Virus record (IMG/VR): IMGVR_UViG_3300044477_000180
Location: 1 to 37,077 of that record
Length of the DNA stretch: 37,077 nucleotides
Source of the DNA: a virus
Lineage: Duplodnaviria > Caudoviricetes
Direction: 5' to 3' (one strand)
Below are positions 35,247-37,077 of this stretch, one piece after another. Both the position numbers and the translations under genes were made by a program. Every line of letters starts with the position of its first letter. Positions within the stretch are counted from its first letter, which is position 1. A model generated the notes under the pieces. The model had not been told where the DNA came from, ran no database searches, and worked only from the letters and a program-made list of their open reading frames with translations.

Positions 35247-37077
35247 ATGGCAATAATACAACAAAGTGTAGTGAAAAAACCTGCTACAGCAGCACAAATA
35301 ACAGCATTAAATACATCACAGGCAGCTCAACCGCAAGTACAAAAAATTGCTGCAAGTGTTCCAGTTTCGCCAACTATTGCGGCAGCTCCAAAACCAAGTT
35401 CTGGAATAACTGGAATATCTCAATCTGTTGCAGCACCTAAAATAACTACTTCTTATTCTAGTGGTGGAAGTAGTTCAGGTAGCTATTCAGCTCCAAAACA
35501 AATTGTAGGTACTCCAAGGGTAGTAACATCGGCGGCAGATTTGGCGGCACAAGCACAAGCAACGGCAGCAATGCAACAAGCACAAAAGGCAGCATCGGAG
35601 GCTCAACGAGTAGCAGCAGAAAAACAAGCAATGATAGATCAAATTAATGCACTTGCAGCGGCACAAGAAAAAAGTAAATTAGCAGCATTAGAAGCAAGTA
35701 AACAAAGTGCGTTAGGTACTTTAAATAAAGAACGTGGAGCAATAGACCCCGCATATTACGCTCAAAAAAATCAGGCTGCAATAACTAATCAAGCGGGTGT
35801 TAATAATTTTCAAGAATTTTTAGCAAATAGAGGCTTACGAAGAAGTGGAGTGGCAGCAGGAAACATAGCAGAACAACAAGCAAGTTTGCAAAATACTCTA
35901 GGCACATTAACAGCACAACAACAAGCAGCAATAGACGATGTTGCTAGTCGTGTATCTAATGTTAATATAGGAAATGCAAGTGCAATAGCACAAGCACAAG
36001 GAGATATACAAGCTCAAAAGATACAAAATTTAATAGATCAGGCTAACAAACAAAAAGAATATGATTTAAGTCAAGCACAATTAACAGGATATCTTAATGG
36101 TAACAATACTCTAGCTAGAGACCAATATACGACAAATACAGGGCTAAGTGAGGCAGAATTGACTGGATTATACAAAGGTCAAAACACACTAGGACAAAAT
36201 CAATACTTAACAGATAAGGCACTTAATGAGGCAAAATTGACAGGAACTTATAACAATAAAAAAACTATGGATTATACAAAAATGATATCTGACTTACAGA
36301 GTGCAAAATTAGCCCAACAAGGTCAAACATTGCAAAATCAAGCTAGTCAAATAGAAAATAGATATTTGCCACAAGAAAAACAAGTTGCACTTAATTTGGC
36401 TAAATCTAATTTAACAGGTCAAGACTTACAAAATGCAACTACAGAAATGGCTAATAAGATGAAAGCAGTAGACTTAAGCTATTACAGTGAAGTTCAAAAG
36501 GCTAATTACGACAATATAGTTAACCAAGTACAAGCTGGTGACATTGAAAATGCTATGAATGACCTACAACTAGCTAATTTACCTGAAAAATTAAAAACTG
36601 ACTTAGCTAGTACAATTGCTGATACAGCTGCAAAATATAGTGGAATAGATGTTAATCAAGCACAAATAGCAAATATACAAGCTAACACAGCCAATACTCA
36701 AAAAAGTACTGCTTTAATGGGTACAAGCTCTGGAAGTAGTAAGAGTGGTGGTGGTAGTAGTGGAGGATTAACAGCTAATCAAAGCTTAACAGAGGTTAAC
36801 AATATTTATAAAGATATATCTAGTCAAATAGATGATCAATATTGGTTTAAGTCAGATAGTGGTAAAAAAGATCAAACAGCGCAAGGAAGAAGAGATATGA
36901 TTAATTACGTTACTGGACTTGCTAAGGATGGAAGTGTTCCAGACCAAGTTATTAGCAAATTAACAACAAAATACAATATAACACAAAAAGATTTTGACGA
37001 TGTTGCTAATAATGGTCAAAGTACTTATGGCACAACAACTACATCTAGTAATAAAAGTCCAGTAGCTAAATATCTAT
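35247..37077 (+). CDS. Internal virion/ejection protein, ~612 aa, ending at position 135 across the junction (not in the ORF track)
   Basis: ATG 35247, open to the window end. A/Q/S/T-rich, FLANRGL..SG, three A.LTG-like repeats. Confidence 0.85.
   Translation, partial: MAIIQQSVVKKPATAAQITALNTSQAAQPQVQKIAASVPVSPTIAAAPKPSSGITGISQSVAAPKITTSYSSGGSSSGSYSAPKQIVGTPRVVTSAADLAAQAQATAAMQQAQKAASEAQRVAAEKQAMIDQINALAAAQEKSKLAALEASKQSALGTLNKERGAIDPAYYAQKNQAAITNQAGVNNFQEFLANRGLRRSGVAAGNIAEQQASLQNTLGTLTAQQQAAIDDVASRVSNVNIGNASAIAQAQGDIQAQKIQNLIDQANKQKEYDLSQAQLTGYLNGNNTLARDQYTTNTGLSEAELTGLYKGQNTLGQNQYLTDKALNEAKLTGTYNNKKTMDYTKMISDLQSAKLAQQGQTLQNQASQIENRYLPQEKQVALNLAKSNLTGQDLQNATTEMANKMKAVDLSYYSEVQKANYDNIVNQVQAGDIENAMNDLQLANLPEKLKTDLASTIADTAAKYSGIDVNQAQIANIQANTANTQKSTALMGTSSGSSKSGGGSSGGLTANQSLTEVNNIYKDISSQIDDQYWFKSDSGKKDQTAQGRRDMINYVTGLAKDGSVPDQVISKLTTKYNITQKDFDDVANNGQSTYGTTTTSSNKSPVAKYL
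36951..37077. repeat. 127-bp exact terminal direct repeat, copy 2
   Basis: Identical to 1-127. Confidence 0.95.

Overview
Apparently complete, circularly assembled ~36,950-bp AT-rich tailed-phage genome: bases 1-127 are repeated exactly at 36951-37077. The host is probably a low-GC Bacillota (Clostridia-like) species, inferred from sigmaA promoters, strong AGGAG RBSs, a BhlA-like holin and an Amidase_3 endolysin. The virion module is podovirus-like: TerS, TerL, portal, scaffold, P22-type coat protein, adaptor, nozzle, fibre and two large ejection-type proteins, with no tape measure or sheath recognised. The early/middle region holds a CHC2 zinc-finger protein, an iteron-rich palindromic origin, an AbrB-like regulator, a P-loop helicase, a Rad52/Sak-like annealase, and HD, ERCC4, C92 and MazG-like proteins. 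There is no intact integrase. Most notable features: (1) a genome-wide dispersed motif (core CCTTRATCA, consensus about TTCCTTRATCARATAGATAC; 17 core hits found by eye, six forming three 60-67-bp inverted-repeat elements at module boundaries); (2) a canonical type II hammerhead ribozyme just upstream of the annealase gene; (3) two glycosyltransferase genes behind a structured leader, inserted between portal and scaffold (candidate virion glycosylation); (4) a catalytically dead tyrosine-recombinase-like protein next to a multi-TM/coiled-coil/wHTH protein; (5) a gp49/66-family candidate anti-defence sponge; (6) a divergent RHH switch driving an operon of micropeptides. All protein calls come from motif recognition, not database searches.
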